Below, in pieces: positions 27,509-37,800 of a DNA stretch of 64,000 bases. Source of the stretch: an uncultured Saprospiraceae bacterium. GTDB taxonomy: Bacteria; Bacteroidota; Bacteroidia; Chitinophagales; Saprospiraceae. The first letter of the stretch is position 1. Each line of letters opens with the position of its first letter. The position numbers were made by a program, and so were the translations under genes. Under the pieces are notes generated by a model that did not search any database, was not told the DNA's origin, and was given only the letters and a program-made list of their open reading frames with translations. The DNA lies in the NCBI GenBank assembly GCA_937926205.1, contig CALEYL010000031.1, positions 34,121 through 98,120 on the forward strand, given 5' to 3'.

Positions 27509-28306
27509 TTACTTATTTAACAAGGCTGTACTCCCTATAATTATAATAACTAAAAGTGCTACAAACCCTAAAAATCCATTGAGCAACATTTTCCACATCT
27601 TGAACTCTGGTCCGCTTGGATTAGGGATGGGGGACAATATACTCACTCCAATCCAAGCGATTGCTCCCAGGCCCATTATGATAGCGATGTTGGCTGTCGA
27701 AAGTCCATTTAGTGGCAATAATTTAGCGAGCAAAAAAGCCAAAAGAATTAACCCGGTTCCAATTTGATGCTTTTTAGTAAATTTAATATTGCTTTTTACA
27801 GTTTCTGTTTGGCTTTGTGGGAACTCATTTTGCTCTTCCCGAAATGATGTCGATTTTTCTGGCGTATTCGTAGCATCTAGTATGTACTCATTTTGCTTTT
27901 CGCTTCTCCAAATAAATCCGTTATCTGCCAGTTCTTGCTCTTTTTTAGGGCTGATAAATGCAATTCCAAAATCCAATACATTGCCATTAACAGGAACAAA
28001 TCTTCTTTCCCCCACATATCCTACTTCAAAAAGTATTGGGTTCAATTCCCCTAACATTCTATCTACATCAACCGTATCTGAGTAAATGTTAACCTTGAAA
28101 TAGAAAGGTGTTTCATTGATGACAAGGTCAAGTTGGTACTCCTCATCAACCTTAGTTCCGTTGAAAGAATTAAAAACAAGTACTCCATTCGTAATTTCAC
28201 ATGCCTTTTGAATAAGTTCAGCATAATCTGATGCTTCGTTGATACACTCTATGTCTACACCATCAAAAAATTCATTGTCAGCAATAATATTGTTAAAGCA
28301 ATTCAT
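27509..28306 (-). CDS. hypothetical protein: soluble N-terminal domain plus C-terminal cluster of about 3 TM segments (low-GC orphan)
   Basis: 265-aa ORF. C-terminus has GTGLILLAFLLAKLL, IAIIMGLGAIAWIGVSIL and LNGFLGFVALLVIIIIGSTALL. The gene is visibly more AT-rich than its flanks. Confidence 0.6.
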   Translation of the reverse strand: MNCFNNIIADNEFFDGVDIECINEASDYAELIQKACEITNGVLVFNSFNGTKVDEEYQLDLVINETPFYFKVNIYSDTVDVDRMLGELNPILFEVGYVGERRFVPVNGNVLDFGIAFISPKKEQELADNGFIWRSEKQNEYILDATNTPEKSTSFREEQNEFPQSQTETVKSNIKFTKKHQIGTGLILLAFLLAKLLPLNGLSTANIAIIMGLGAIAWIGVSILSPIPNPSGPEFKMWKMLLNGFLGFVALLVIIIIGSTALLNK

Positions 28307-28775
28307 TTCTATATTTTATTTTTTGATTTTTTTTACGCCCATCTATTGTTTCACGCAACTCCCCTATAGCCCCTATTGCGTCAAAACCCGCTTTGTCAAC
28401 AGCGATTGAGCATATCCCAGTTGCGTAAAGCCAACCATTCCAACTGGCTTTACGAAACTGCTGAACCAATAAATGAGGAAAAAAGAAAAAGCATAAGGTT
28501 CATATGGTGGTTGTTTAGCTGTGTAAATGTAGCTTGAAGTTTCAGGTTTTCAGACCCTCTATTCGATTTTTATATTTGAAGTCGAATGTGCCCCAGATAG
28601 ATGTAAATCATCACCCCCCAACCCCACTCTTCAAAGGCACACCCTTCCGCCGTTCCATCTCCAAATCATACGAAACCTGAACCCGCATCCATTACTCGGC
28701 GCTGATGCCAGGAGGGCTTCTAATTTCAATGCCAGCGCTACACTGGCATCCCCCCTACCACAAATTTTTCCTAAC

Positions 28776-31010
28776 TTGCGCCCGCTTAAAAAAGATCAGT
28801 TCATGAGCCAACGCAAGCAACAACCGCGCAAACCCGCAACACCAGCAGCTAAGGCGCCTGTCACGCCAAAAAAGCCGGCTGCTCCGGAAAAAGAAGACAT
28901 CACCACGCCAATCGATCCCTTTTTGCGCAAGCTATTTTATGGCCTGGCAGCTGGCATGCTCCTGATCATGCTGGTCCTGGCGCCCGGCAGCGGCATCAAC
29001 GCCGACGACGAATACCAGGTGGATTACTCCGAAAAACTAGTCAACTACTACAGCAGCATGGGCGCCGACACCTCCGCGCTCAATATTCCCAAAGGCAACA
29101 TGCACCTGTACGGCGGCCTGTTCGACCTCACAGCGGGCGCCATCAACCACGGACTGGGGTATACTGAGTACGACGCGGGTTATCATGTCGTGCGCCACTT
29201 ATTGATTGCCCTTTTCGGCTTTCTGGCGTTGTTGTTTACGGGGTTGCTGACCAAAGAAATCGGGGGATGGCGGGCAGCCATTCTCGCGCTGTTGCTCCTG
29301 TTTTTGTCGCCGCGTTTTCTGGGCCATTCGCTGATGAACCCCAAAGACATTCCTTTCGCAGCAGGTTTTGCCATTTCACTGTACTACCTCACGCGTTTGT
29401 TGCGGGAGTTGCCGCAATGGTCATGGCGCTCAGCCTTGGGACTCACCGCAGGCATTGCCGTCGCTTTGGCAACGCGCTCCGGCGGTCTGATGCTCATTGG
29501 CTACCTTGGCTTGTTTGCCGGACTTGATTTTTTGGCGAAAGCCGCTTCAAAAAAACTGCCGAATACCGGCAATGCGCTCATCAACTACGCTTCAGCGGTG
29601 GCTGGCATCGCCATTGCCGGGTATTTTCTGGCGGTGCTCACCTGGCCCGCAGCTTTGGTGGATCCGCTTCGGCATCCGCTGGCGTCTTTGGCTGAATTTT
29701 CCAAACTCGGCGTGCGCATCCGCGTCCTGTTTATGGGCGACAATGTGCTTTCCGACGCCACACCCTGGTATTACCCGCTGTTGTGGATCGTTAAAACCAT
29801 TCCACTCGCTGCTTTGATTGGATTTGCCGGCGGCCTGATCGCCCTGCCTTTCATGCTGCGGCGATACCGGGCTTTGCCAGTGTTCCTGCTGATTTTTGCG
29901 GCCATTTTCCCGTTGGCTTATATCATTTACAAAGATTCGCTGTTGCACGACGCGTGGCGACACCTGATGTTTGTTTATCCGGCCATGGTGGTTTTGTCCG
30001 CGCTGTTCTGGACTGCTTGCGAGCAGTGGTTGTCCGGCAACAAAATTGGTCGCTACGCCCTCATCGGCGTGCTGGCGCTTGGCTTATTGGAACCCGCTGT
30101 TTTTATCGCCCGAAACCTGCAATTTCCTTATGTTTATTTCAACCCGATCGGCGGTGGTCTGCACGGCGCATACGGCAATTACGAAACCGATTACTGGGGC
30201 GTAAGCGCCAAACAGGGCATCGACTGGCTGAAAAAAGAAGGCATCCTGAAGCCGGATATGACAGATACCCTGACCATCGGCACCAGCCTTTATTTCAATG
30301 TGAGCCGACAGTTGGGCAGTGCCTACAAGGACAAAGTGAAAGTAAAATACGTGCGTTTCAACAACCGCTATTCGGAAGCCTGGGATTACGGCATTTTCCC
30401 GTCGCGCTACATCCGCGGGCCACACCTGCGCACCGGCAACTGGCCAAACGAAAAGACGGTGCACACCATCACGGCCAACGGCGTGCCGCTACTGGCTATT
30501 GAGAAAGATACGGAACACCATGCCTATAAAGGCGACCAGGCCGTGAAACAGCGTGCCTGGGACGTCGCCATTTCGGAGTATCTGGAAGAAACAAAAGCCA
30601 CTCCGAAAAACGAATTGGCCTGGCTCGGTTTGGCCAACAGCTACATCAACAGCGGCAAAAACGACGAAGCTTTAGCCGCCGCAGAACAGGCGCTGAAACT
30701 GGCGCCCGACAACGAAAACGGCCTGTACTACAAAGGCTTGATCCTGATGCAAAAAGGCAATGCCAACGAAGCCGCAACGGCCTTTGAACGCCTGATCGTC
30801 ATCAACGATGAATTTCCTGCAGCTTATTATTATCTGGCCAACATTTACCAGACACGCGGGGATTCTCTGCAGGCGCTGAAGTTTTTACAGGAGGCCATCC
30901 GGCTGAACCCGAGATTCAAGGAAGCCTACCTGTTTGCGGCACAAATTCTGGAACAACAGGGCGATGCCCAAACGGCCGAAAAATACCGGCAGGCCGCGGC
31001 TCAATTCTAA
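28776..31010 (+). CDS. GT-C-fold membrane glycosyltransferase (PMT/ArnT, GT39-like) with C-terminal TPR repeats
   Basis: More than 10 TM segments. First-loop acidic motif GINADDEYQVDY. C-terminal TPR repeats (LAWLGLANSYINSGKNDEALAAAEQALKLAPDNENGLYYKGL...). The start could be Met10 (28803). Confidence 0.7.
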   Translation: MRPLKKDQFMSQRKQQPRKPATPAAKAPVTPKKPAAPEKEDITTPIDPFLRKLFYGLAAGMLLIMLVLAPGSGINADDEYQVDYSEKLVNYYSSMGADTSALNIPKGNMHLYGGLFDLTAGAINHGLGYTEYDAGYHVVRHLLIALFGFLALLFTGLLTKEIGGWRAAILALLLLFLSPRFLGHSLMNPKDIPFAAGFAISLYYLTRLLRELPQWSWRSALGLTAGIAVALATRSGGLMLIGYLGLFAGLDFLAKAASKKLPNTGNALINYASAVAGIAIAGYFLAVLTWPAALVDPLRHPLASLAEFSKLGVRIRVLFMGDNVLSDATPWYYPLLWIVKTIPLAALIGFAGGLIALPFMLRRYRALPVFLLIFAAIFPLAYIIYKDSLLHDAWRHLMFVYPAMVVLSALFWTACEQWLSGNKIGRYALIGVLALGLLEPAVFIARNLQFPYVYFNPIGGGLHGAYGNYETDYWGVSAKQGIDWLKKEGILKPDMTDTLTIGTSLYFNVSRQLGSAYKDKVKVKYVRFNNRYSEAWDYGIFPSRYIRGPHLRTGNWPNEKTVHTITANGVPLLAIEKDTEHHAYKGDQAVKQRAWDVAISEYLEETKATPKNELAWLGLANSYINSGKNDEALAAAEQALKLAPDNENGLYYKGLILMQKGNANEAATAFERLIVINDEFPAAYYYLANIYQTRGDSLQALKFLQEAIRLNPRFKEAYLFAAQILEQQGDAQTAEKYRQAAAQF

Positions 31011-31020
31011 CTACAAAAAC

Positions 31021-31821
31021 ATGAACTACAAACTACTGTTTCCGACTTACCGAAACCGGTTTTTGTTTATCCGGCGCCAACTGAAGCGCATCACGGCTGA
31101 ACAACAACCTGCAAAAGCGCTCAACCTCGGGGCGGGAGAAGGAGACTATGATATGATGATTGCCGGACATTGCCAACAACTGGTTTCCTGTGACATCAAT
31201 GAACAGGATGTGGCCTACGCCAAAGAACTCAACCGCGAAGTTCCCAATGTGGAATACCGGGTGGAAAATGCATTAAAACTGACCTTCCCTGAGAATACAT
31301 TCGACCTCTTGTTGTCGATGGAAGTCATCGAACATGTGGGCGACCCCGAACGCATGGTATCGGAAGTGCGGCGGGTGCTCAAGCCGGGAGGATTGGCGCT
31401 CATTACTTTTCCTTCGCTCGATTTTCCGTTTACCTACGATCCCATCAACCGGATATTGAGCTGGTTTTCCGACAAAAAAATATCGCAGGGCGCTTACGCT
31501 TTTGGCCACGAATACCTGATCTCACCCGCAAAATTCCGGGAATGGGCAGCGGCCTACGGATTGGAAATCGTGGAAGAAACCAACCTCAGCGGCTATCTGG
31601 TCGGACTGCTGGAAATGTACTGGACGGGCCTGATTCAACGCATTTTTAAAGCAAATGCCACCAACCTGCAGGAAGATCAGAAAAAAAGCCTGACCCTGCG
31701 CCCTTCTATGAAAGAACCGGCACTGGCGGTGGTTACTGATGGCATTCTGGCCATCGACCGCGCTTTGTTTGGCAAGGCCGGGCATTCGGTGGGAAAAGGA
31801 TTTGTACTGAGGAAAAACTGA
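31021..31821 (+). CDS. class I SAM-dependent methyltransferase (type 11-like)
   Basis: Start moved to MNYKLLFPTY to remove the overlap with the upstream gene. Motif I ALNLGAGEGDY. Also LKPGGLALITFP. Confidence 0.8.
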   Translation: MNYKLLFPTYRNRFLFIRRQLKRITAEQQPAKALNLGAGEGDYDMMIAGHCQQLVSCDINEQDVAYAKELNREVPNVEYRVENALKLTFPENTFDLLLSMEVIEHVGDPERMVSEVRRVLKPGGLALITFPSLDFPFTYDPINRILSWFSDKKISQGAYAFGHEYLISPAKFREWAAAYGLEIVEETNLSGYLVGLLEMYWTGLIQRIFKANATNLQEDQKKSLTLRPSMKEPALAVVTDGILAIDRALFGKAGHSVGKGFVLRKN

Positions 31822-32031
31822 GAAATCCCTTTTCGAAAACTTGGGTTTGCTGTTGATTTCGGGTAATTTGCGTGCCTGATTGAATCCTTTGCAAAAAACG
31901 GTCCGAAAAATGCAACAAGACTTTACAAAGGATATGACTAAGGCAGTCGAAGAACGCTTACACAATGCCTGATTTCTATACATTTTATTACCTTGCAGCT
32001 CCATTTTCCGAAATTAGTTTTAGCCACAACC

Positions 32032-33573
32032 ATGGACAGCCAATTAGAATTACTCCAGCATAAAATAGCCGAGGCCCATTTGGGCGGAGGCAAGGCGCGC
32101 ATTGCTTCCCAACACGAAAAAGGAAAGCTGACAGCACGGGAACGCATCCATTTTTTATTGGACGAAGGTTCTTTTGAAGAAATCGGTATGCTGGTAACCC
32201 ACCGGAGCAGTGATTTCGGCATGGAAAAGCAACAGGTTCCCGGAGATGGCGTCGTGACCGGCTATGGCACCGTGCATGGCCGTATGGTTTATGTGTTTGC
32301 TCAGGATTTTACCGTTTTCGGGGGTTCTCTTTCAGAAACCCACGCCGAAAAAATTTGTAAAATCATGGACCTCGCCATGCGCAACGGCGCTCCGGTCATC
32401 GGACTAAACGACTCCGGCGGCGCGCGCATCCAGGAAGGTGTAAATTCACTGGGGGGATATGCGGATATTTTTTATCGCAACGTGCAGGCATCCGGCGTTG
32501 TGCCTCAAATTTCAGCCATTATGGGCCCTTGTGCCGGCGGCGCCGTATATTCTCCGGCCATGACCGATTTTACGATCATGGTGGAACAGTCGTCCTACAT
32601 GTTTGTCACCGGTCCCAACGTTGTAAAAACCGTCACCAATGAAGAGGTCAGTTCAGAAGAACTCGGTGGCGCGCACACCCACGCCACCAAATCCGGCGTC
32701 ACGCATTTTACTGCCGACAACGACCTCGACTGCATCAATAAAGTGAAACAGCTGCTCTCTTACCTGCCTCAAAATTGTGAAGGAACGGCGCCCATGCTGC
32801 CATTCGAGCCGGGTGATGAATACCGGGAGCAGCTCCGCTACCTCATCCCGGAAAATGCCAACCAACCCTACGACATGCGCGAGGTGATTGAAGGCATTGT
32901 GGATGAAAGCTCTTTTTTTGAAGTCCACAGTGACTTTGCGGAAAACATCGTGGTCGGATTTGCACGCTTAGGCGGTCGAAGCATTGGCATCGTAGGCAAC
33001 CAGCCCATGAGTCTGGCCGGCGTGCTCGACGTGAACAGTTCCCGCAAAGGCGCGCGCTTTGTGCGTTTCTGCGATTGCTTCAACATTCCGTTGCTGGTTT
33101 TGGTGGATGTGCCCGGTTTTCTGCCCGGTACCGACCAGGAATGGAGCGGCATCATCACCAACGGAGCCAAGCTGCTTTATGCATTCAGCGAAGCCACGGT
33201 GCCCCGCGTTACACTCATTACCCGCAAGGCCTATGGCGGCGCTTATGATGTGATGAATTCCAAACACATCGGCGCGGACATGAATTATGCCTGGCCAACG
33301 GCCCAAATTGCCGTTATGGGGGCAAAAGGAGCTTCAGAAATTATTTTCAAAAAAGAAATCCAGGAAGCGCCCGATCCGGCTGCCATGCTGGTGGAAAAGG
33401 AAAAGGAATATCAGGAGAAGTTTGCCCACCCCTATCGGGCCGCCCAGCGTGGTTTTATCGACGAGGTCATTGATCCCATTGACACCCGCCGCAAGCTGAT
33501 CAAATCTTTTTCCATGCTGGAGAACAAAGTGGCGCACCGGCCAAGGAAGAAGCATGGGAATATACCGTTGTGA
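32032..33573 (+). CDS. acyl-CoA carboxylase carboxyltransferase (beta) subunit / methylmalonyl-CoA decarboxylase alpha-like
   Basis: Start at [20 protein letters not shown]. Conserved blocks [49 protein letters not shown] and [11 protein letters not shown]. Confidence 0.9.
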   Translation: MDSQLELLQHKIAEAHLGGGKARIASQHEKGKLTARERIHFLLDEGSFEEIGMLVTHRSSDFGMEKQQVPGDGVVTGYGTVHGRMVYVFAQDFTVFGGSLSETHAEKICKIMDLAMRNGAPVIGLNDSGGARIQEGVNSLGGYADIFYRNVQASGVVPQISAIMGPCAGGAVYSPAMTDFTIMVEQSSYMFVTGPNVVKTVTNEEVSSEELGGAHTHATKSGVTHFTADNDLDCINKVKQLLSYLPQNCEGTAPMLPFEPGDEYREQLRYLIPENANQPYDMREVIEGIVDESSFFEVHSDFAENIVVGFARLGGRSIGIVGNQPMSLAGVLDVNSSRKGARFVRFCDCFNIPLLVLVDVPGFLPGTDQEWSGIITNGAKLLYAFSEATVPRVTLITRKAYGGAYDVMNSKHIGADMNYAWPTAQIAVMGAKGASEIIFKKEIQEAPDPAAMLVEKEKEYQEKFAHPYRAAQRGFIDEVIDPIDTRRKLIKSFSMLENKVAHRPRKKHGNIPL

Positions 33574-33683
33574 TTAATTTGAAGATGTGAGTATTTGAAA
33601 ATTTGATAATTGGGCAGGGGAATTGCCTAAAAAAGCTTGCTCAATGATTATCAATATAGCATAGTGCTCCCATCTTCAAATTA
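33574..33683. repeat. left flank of the four-helix-bundle cassette: 8-nt-periodic array plus internal 16-nt inverted repeat
   Basis: tgaagatg tgagtatt tgaaaatt tgataatt gggcaggg gaattgcc. aatttgaagatgtgag pairs with ctcccatcttcaaatt about 75 nt away. Confidence 0.6.
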
Positions 33684-34043
33684 TCAAATCACTAATCCTC
33701 TTTTCGTCGTCCCAATGATTTTGGAAAGAATTTTAACAATGGCATCTATATCGGCTAAAAGCGCTTCGGAAGAAGGGTAGTTTTTTGAATGGTTACAAAG
33801 CAACAACCAGTATAGTGTTTCATCTGCTTCTTTGGATGCAATCTTCAGTTTGTGGATAAAATCAGCTTTACTTTCTGCATTCTGAGCTTCATGCACAAGA
33901 GCACCAATGGCTGTACCGCTTCTGAATAGCTGATTGGCCATGTTGAATTTCCTGAGTAGTTCAAGGCCTTCAGTGAATTCAATAACTTTCAAAGCAAACT
34001 CAAACGTCAAGTTTACAATCAAATTGGGTTTGTCGTTTCTCAT
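33684..34043 (-). CDS. four-helix-bundle protein (23S rRNA intervening-sequence protein family, TIGR02436-type)
   Basis: 119 aa. ANQLFRSGTAIGALVHEAQNAESKADFIHKLKIASKEADETLYWLLL is a characteristic signature of this family. Confidence 0.85.
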   Translation of the reverse strand: MRNDKPNLIVNLTFEFALKVIEFTEGLELLRKFNMANQLFRSGTAIGALVHEAQNAESKADFIHKLKIASKEADETLYWLLLCNHSKNYPSSEALLADIDAIVKILSKIIGTTKRGLVI

Positions 34044-34133
34044 GATGGATAAGTTTGGGATGAAATATTTTGTGTTTTATTTACAATAATAAAACAATTA
34101 ATTATCAACCGCAATATCTCCATCATAAAATCA

Positions 34134-34221
34134 CCGTTGCCGAAAAAGTATTTTGATTAATACTAATTTTCGGGCATCCAGAATCCCAATCTCCAAATTT
34201 TCAAATTGCCAAATTTTCAAA
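34134..34221. repeat. right flank of the cassette: about 65-nt dispersed element (inverted relative to copies at 52.3-52.5 kb) plus 8-nt-periodic array
   Basis: ccgttgccgaaaaagtattttgattaatactaattttcgggcatccagaatcccaatctccaaa, then ccaaattt tcaaattg ccaaattt tcaaatc. Its reverse complement matches 52475-52537 at roughly 56 of 64 positions by hand alignment. Confidence 0.7.
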
Positions 34222-34791
34222 TCAACTTTTCCACTTAATATTACACCCCGCGCTCGGATACTGCACTTCGCTAACAGGCAGTCCTTCCAACACCGCATCG
34301 ATTGCCGCACGCAGGTCTGCGCCGGTTAATGGATGGGTATTTTTAGGCCGTGAATCGTCGATTCTGCCCCGGTAAACCAGGCGCATCTGGCTGTCAAAAA
34401 CATAGAAGTCGGGCGTGCAGGCGGCATCGTAAGCCCGGGCAACTTCCTGAGATTCGTCGTACAAATACGGAAATGTATAACCAACCGCTCTGGCGTGAGG
34501 GCCCATTTTTTCAGGCGCATCATCCGGATAATTTTCCACATCGTTTGAACTGATGCCGATAAAACTGACGCCTTTTGCCTGATAATCGCGGGCCAGCCGC
34601 ACGATTTCGGGATTTACGTGGATCACATAAGGGCAGTGGTTGCAAAGAAACATCACGACGGTCGCCTTGTCAGAACGCAAATCAGACAAGCGCATCACCT
34701 TTCCCGAAACGGTATCGGGCAATTCAAATTCAGGCGCTGTTGTGCCCAGCGGAAGCATGTTGGATTCGGTATAAGCCATATTATCGTTCAA
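34222..34791 (-). CDS. thioredoxin-fold protein (redoxin/AhpC-TSA-like)
   Basis: VVMFLCNHCPYV with a CxxC-type site (CNHC) in a thioredoxin-like context. 189 aa. Confidence 0.8.
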   Translation of the reverse strand: MNDNMAYTESNMLPLGTTAPEFELPDTVSGKVMRLSDLRSDKATVVMFLCNHCPYVIHVNPEIVRLARDYQAKGVSFIGISSNDVENYPDDAPEKMGPHARAVGYTFPYLYDESQEVARAYDAACTPDFYVFDSQMRLVYRGRIDDSRPKNTHPLTGADLRAAIDAVLEGLPVSEVQYPSAGCNIKWKS

Positions 34792-34883
34792 TTGTCACAA
34801 AGCAAACAAAGCAAGTTGCATTCGGGTTGCCCGAGGCTACGCTATTTTATCAGGATTGTCGTTTTATGCGTGACGACATTTTT

Positions 34884-37800
34884 ATGATGAGAAAAACTAC
34901 CCTGTTTTTGATTGGTATGCTTGGCCTGGCGGCAATGTGCACTGCGCAGTCGCCCGGTCTGTCCAACTTAAGAAGCAGGATAGTCCTTCCGATAGCCGGC
35001 GAAGGCTTTGCTGACACGCTTAGCTTGGTTCCGGAGTCCGTCGTGGTAACTGGTATCAGGAGCGGTATGCGGTTAGATACAAGCCATTACCAGATCATCA
35101 ACCGGCGATTGCTGTGGCTTAAAAGCAGTAATGATTCCGTGTTGGTGCGTTACCGCGTCCTGCCTTTCGACCTCGGGCAAACCGTGTTGCGCCTGGATAC
35201 AGCGCGTCTGGCTGCAGACAATGCTCCGGATGAACCTCCGGGGCTTCGATACAACCCCTACGAACGCAGCGAAAGCAGTGGTTTGTTTGACGCAAAAGGC
35301 ATCGATTACAACGGAAGTTTTTCAAGGGGCATTTCATTTGGCAACAGCCAGGACCTGGTGCTCAACTCCAACTTCAACCTTCAATTATCGGGCAATATTG
35401 GCGATGGCGTGGAAATTCTCGCTGCCATCAGCGACGAAAACATCCCCCTGCAGCCAGAGGGCAATACCCGCCAACTGCGAGAATTTGACCGCATTTTCAT
35501 CCAATTAAAAAAAGGCAACAACCGCCTGATTGCCGGAGATTATGAATTGCGGCGCCCCAACAGCTATTTCATGAATTATTTCAAAAAATTGCAGGGGGCT
35601 ACCTTCAGTACGGCTTTCAAAACCGGAGAGACAGGAGAAGTACAAACCACAGCCAGCGTCGCCATTTCCCGGGGACAATTTGCGCGCAATACCATCGCGC
35701 AACAGGAAGGCAACCAGGGGCCGTATAAACTTAACGGCAATTCGGGAGAGCGCTTCCTCATTGTCCTGTCAGGAACAGAAAAAGTATGGATAGACGGCAA
35801 ACTGCTCACGCGCGGCCTCGAAGGCGATTACATCATTGACTACAACCGCGGCGAACTGACATTTACCAACAGGCAGCTCATTACCAAAGACAGCCGCATC
35901 ATTGTGGAGTTTGAGTACTCCGATCAGGGTTACCTCCGTTCTCTGACGGCTTTTAACGCCGATTACCAACAGGATCGCTGGCGCCTGCACCTCAACTGGT
36001 TTGCGCAGCAGGACAGTCGGACGTCAACCGGCGACCAAAACCTGAGTGATGCTGAAAAACAGGCATTACAGGAAGCCGGCGACAATCTGGCGCTTGCTTC
36101 CGGCATCGATACGCTGGAAGAATTTTCTGCTTTCCGGGCCAGCTATCAACGCCTCGACACGGTGTTGAACTGTGGCAACCGCGACACCCTGATCCAATAT
36201 TTAAAACTTTCTTCTGACGCCGAAACGGCGCGTTACACCGCACGTTTTTCTCTGGTTGGAGAAGGAAACGGCGACTATGTACTCGACGAGTCTCAAGGCG
36301 CCAATGAGCGCGCATACCGCTGGGTGGCGCCTGATCCGGTAACGTGCCGGCGTCGGGGAAACTATGCCCCGGTAGTGCAACTGGCTGCGCCCAAACAGCA
36401 ACAATTGATAAGCGCCGGAGTGGATTATCGCTTTGCCAAAAACGGCATGGTAAAAACAGAAGTGGCGCTGAGCCGCAACGACCTCAACCGTTTTTCGAAG
36501 CTCGACAGTGAAGACGACACGGGCCTGGCTGCGTTCGTAAACGTTCAAAAAGACATTCGGATTGGTCCCGACAGCAACGGCTGGAAACTGGAAACAGCCA
36601 CAAGCTATGAATTTGTGCAGCGCAATTTCAAAGCCCTGAACCCCTATCGCGACCCTGAGTTTTTACGCGACTGGAGCCTGGCCAACCAACAGGGAATAGG
36701 TGTTGCACCAGCTGCCGATGAACACCTTGCGCGCACAGCAATGGCCTTGCGCTTCAAAAACCGGGGAAGTTTGCAGTATGGATTCGGCGCTTTTTTGCGC
36801 GATTCTTTGTACACCGGACTTCGACACAACGCTGCTTTCATCTGGCAACAAAATGGTTGGGATTTGAATGCTGAAGCCAGTCTGCTCGCCAGCGATGAAA
36901 GCACCCAACGCACCCGTTTTTTTCGCCCGCGCGTCAACTTTTCCAAAACGATTCCCAAACTAAAAAACTGGCGGTTGGGCTTGAGTGGTGAACGTGAAAA
37001 AAGCGATCGCAGAGCCATCAACAGCGATAGTCTGCTTGTCACCAGTTTTTTTTACGACAACTTTCGTTTGTTTGCGGAAAGCGCCGCTTCAGAAAAAAGC
37101 AACCTGAGTTTATCTGCAGGCAGGCGCTGGGATTATGCCCCTTTCGGTGAAGATTACCGATCCCTTAGCGTTGCAACGGAATACCGTGCAGCAGGCGCCT
37201 GGCAGGCCGCAAAATCCGTGCAATGGAGTGGCAGTCTGGGGTATCGAAAGCTGGAAGTTTCGGCTTCTGCACCAACTACTTTAATGCCCGCTTCTACTTT
37301 CCTGGGACGCATGGATTTTAACGGCAATTTTTTCAAAGGCGCCGTTCGCACCGTAACGGTTTACGAACTCAGTGCCGGTCAGGAACCTAAATTAGAATTT
37401 ACTTACGTTCCCGTAACGCCGGGCTCCGGCACACACATCTGGTTAGACTCGCTCTACAACAATGACGGAAAAATACAGTCTTACGAAATGGAGCCGGCGC
37501 CGTTTCAGGATCAGGCCGACTACATTCGGGTCAGCACCATCAGCGATACTTACGTGCGCACCGACAATGCCAATCTGAATTACAGCGTTCAGATCGAGCC
37601 CCGTGCCGTCTGGTTTGCCGCTAAAGATTACCGGAAAGCACTTAGCAAGTTTTCGATTTTGTCTTCTTTGCAAATCAACCGAAAAACCCGGGAAGCGCCC
37701 GGTGTTGAAGCCTGGAATCCATTTCAGTTGTCGATTCCCGACACGGCGCTCGTATCCGTAAACCTCAATGCGCGCAATACAGTGTTTTTCAATCGCGCCG

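Noticed and set aside
34575-34883. The ORF-track start at 34575 for the 1276-aa protein.
   Set aside because: The first 103 codons or so run antisense through the thioredoxin-like gene and read as junk. A proper signal peptide begins at MMRKTT (34884).
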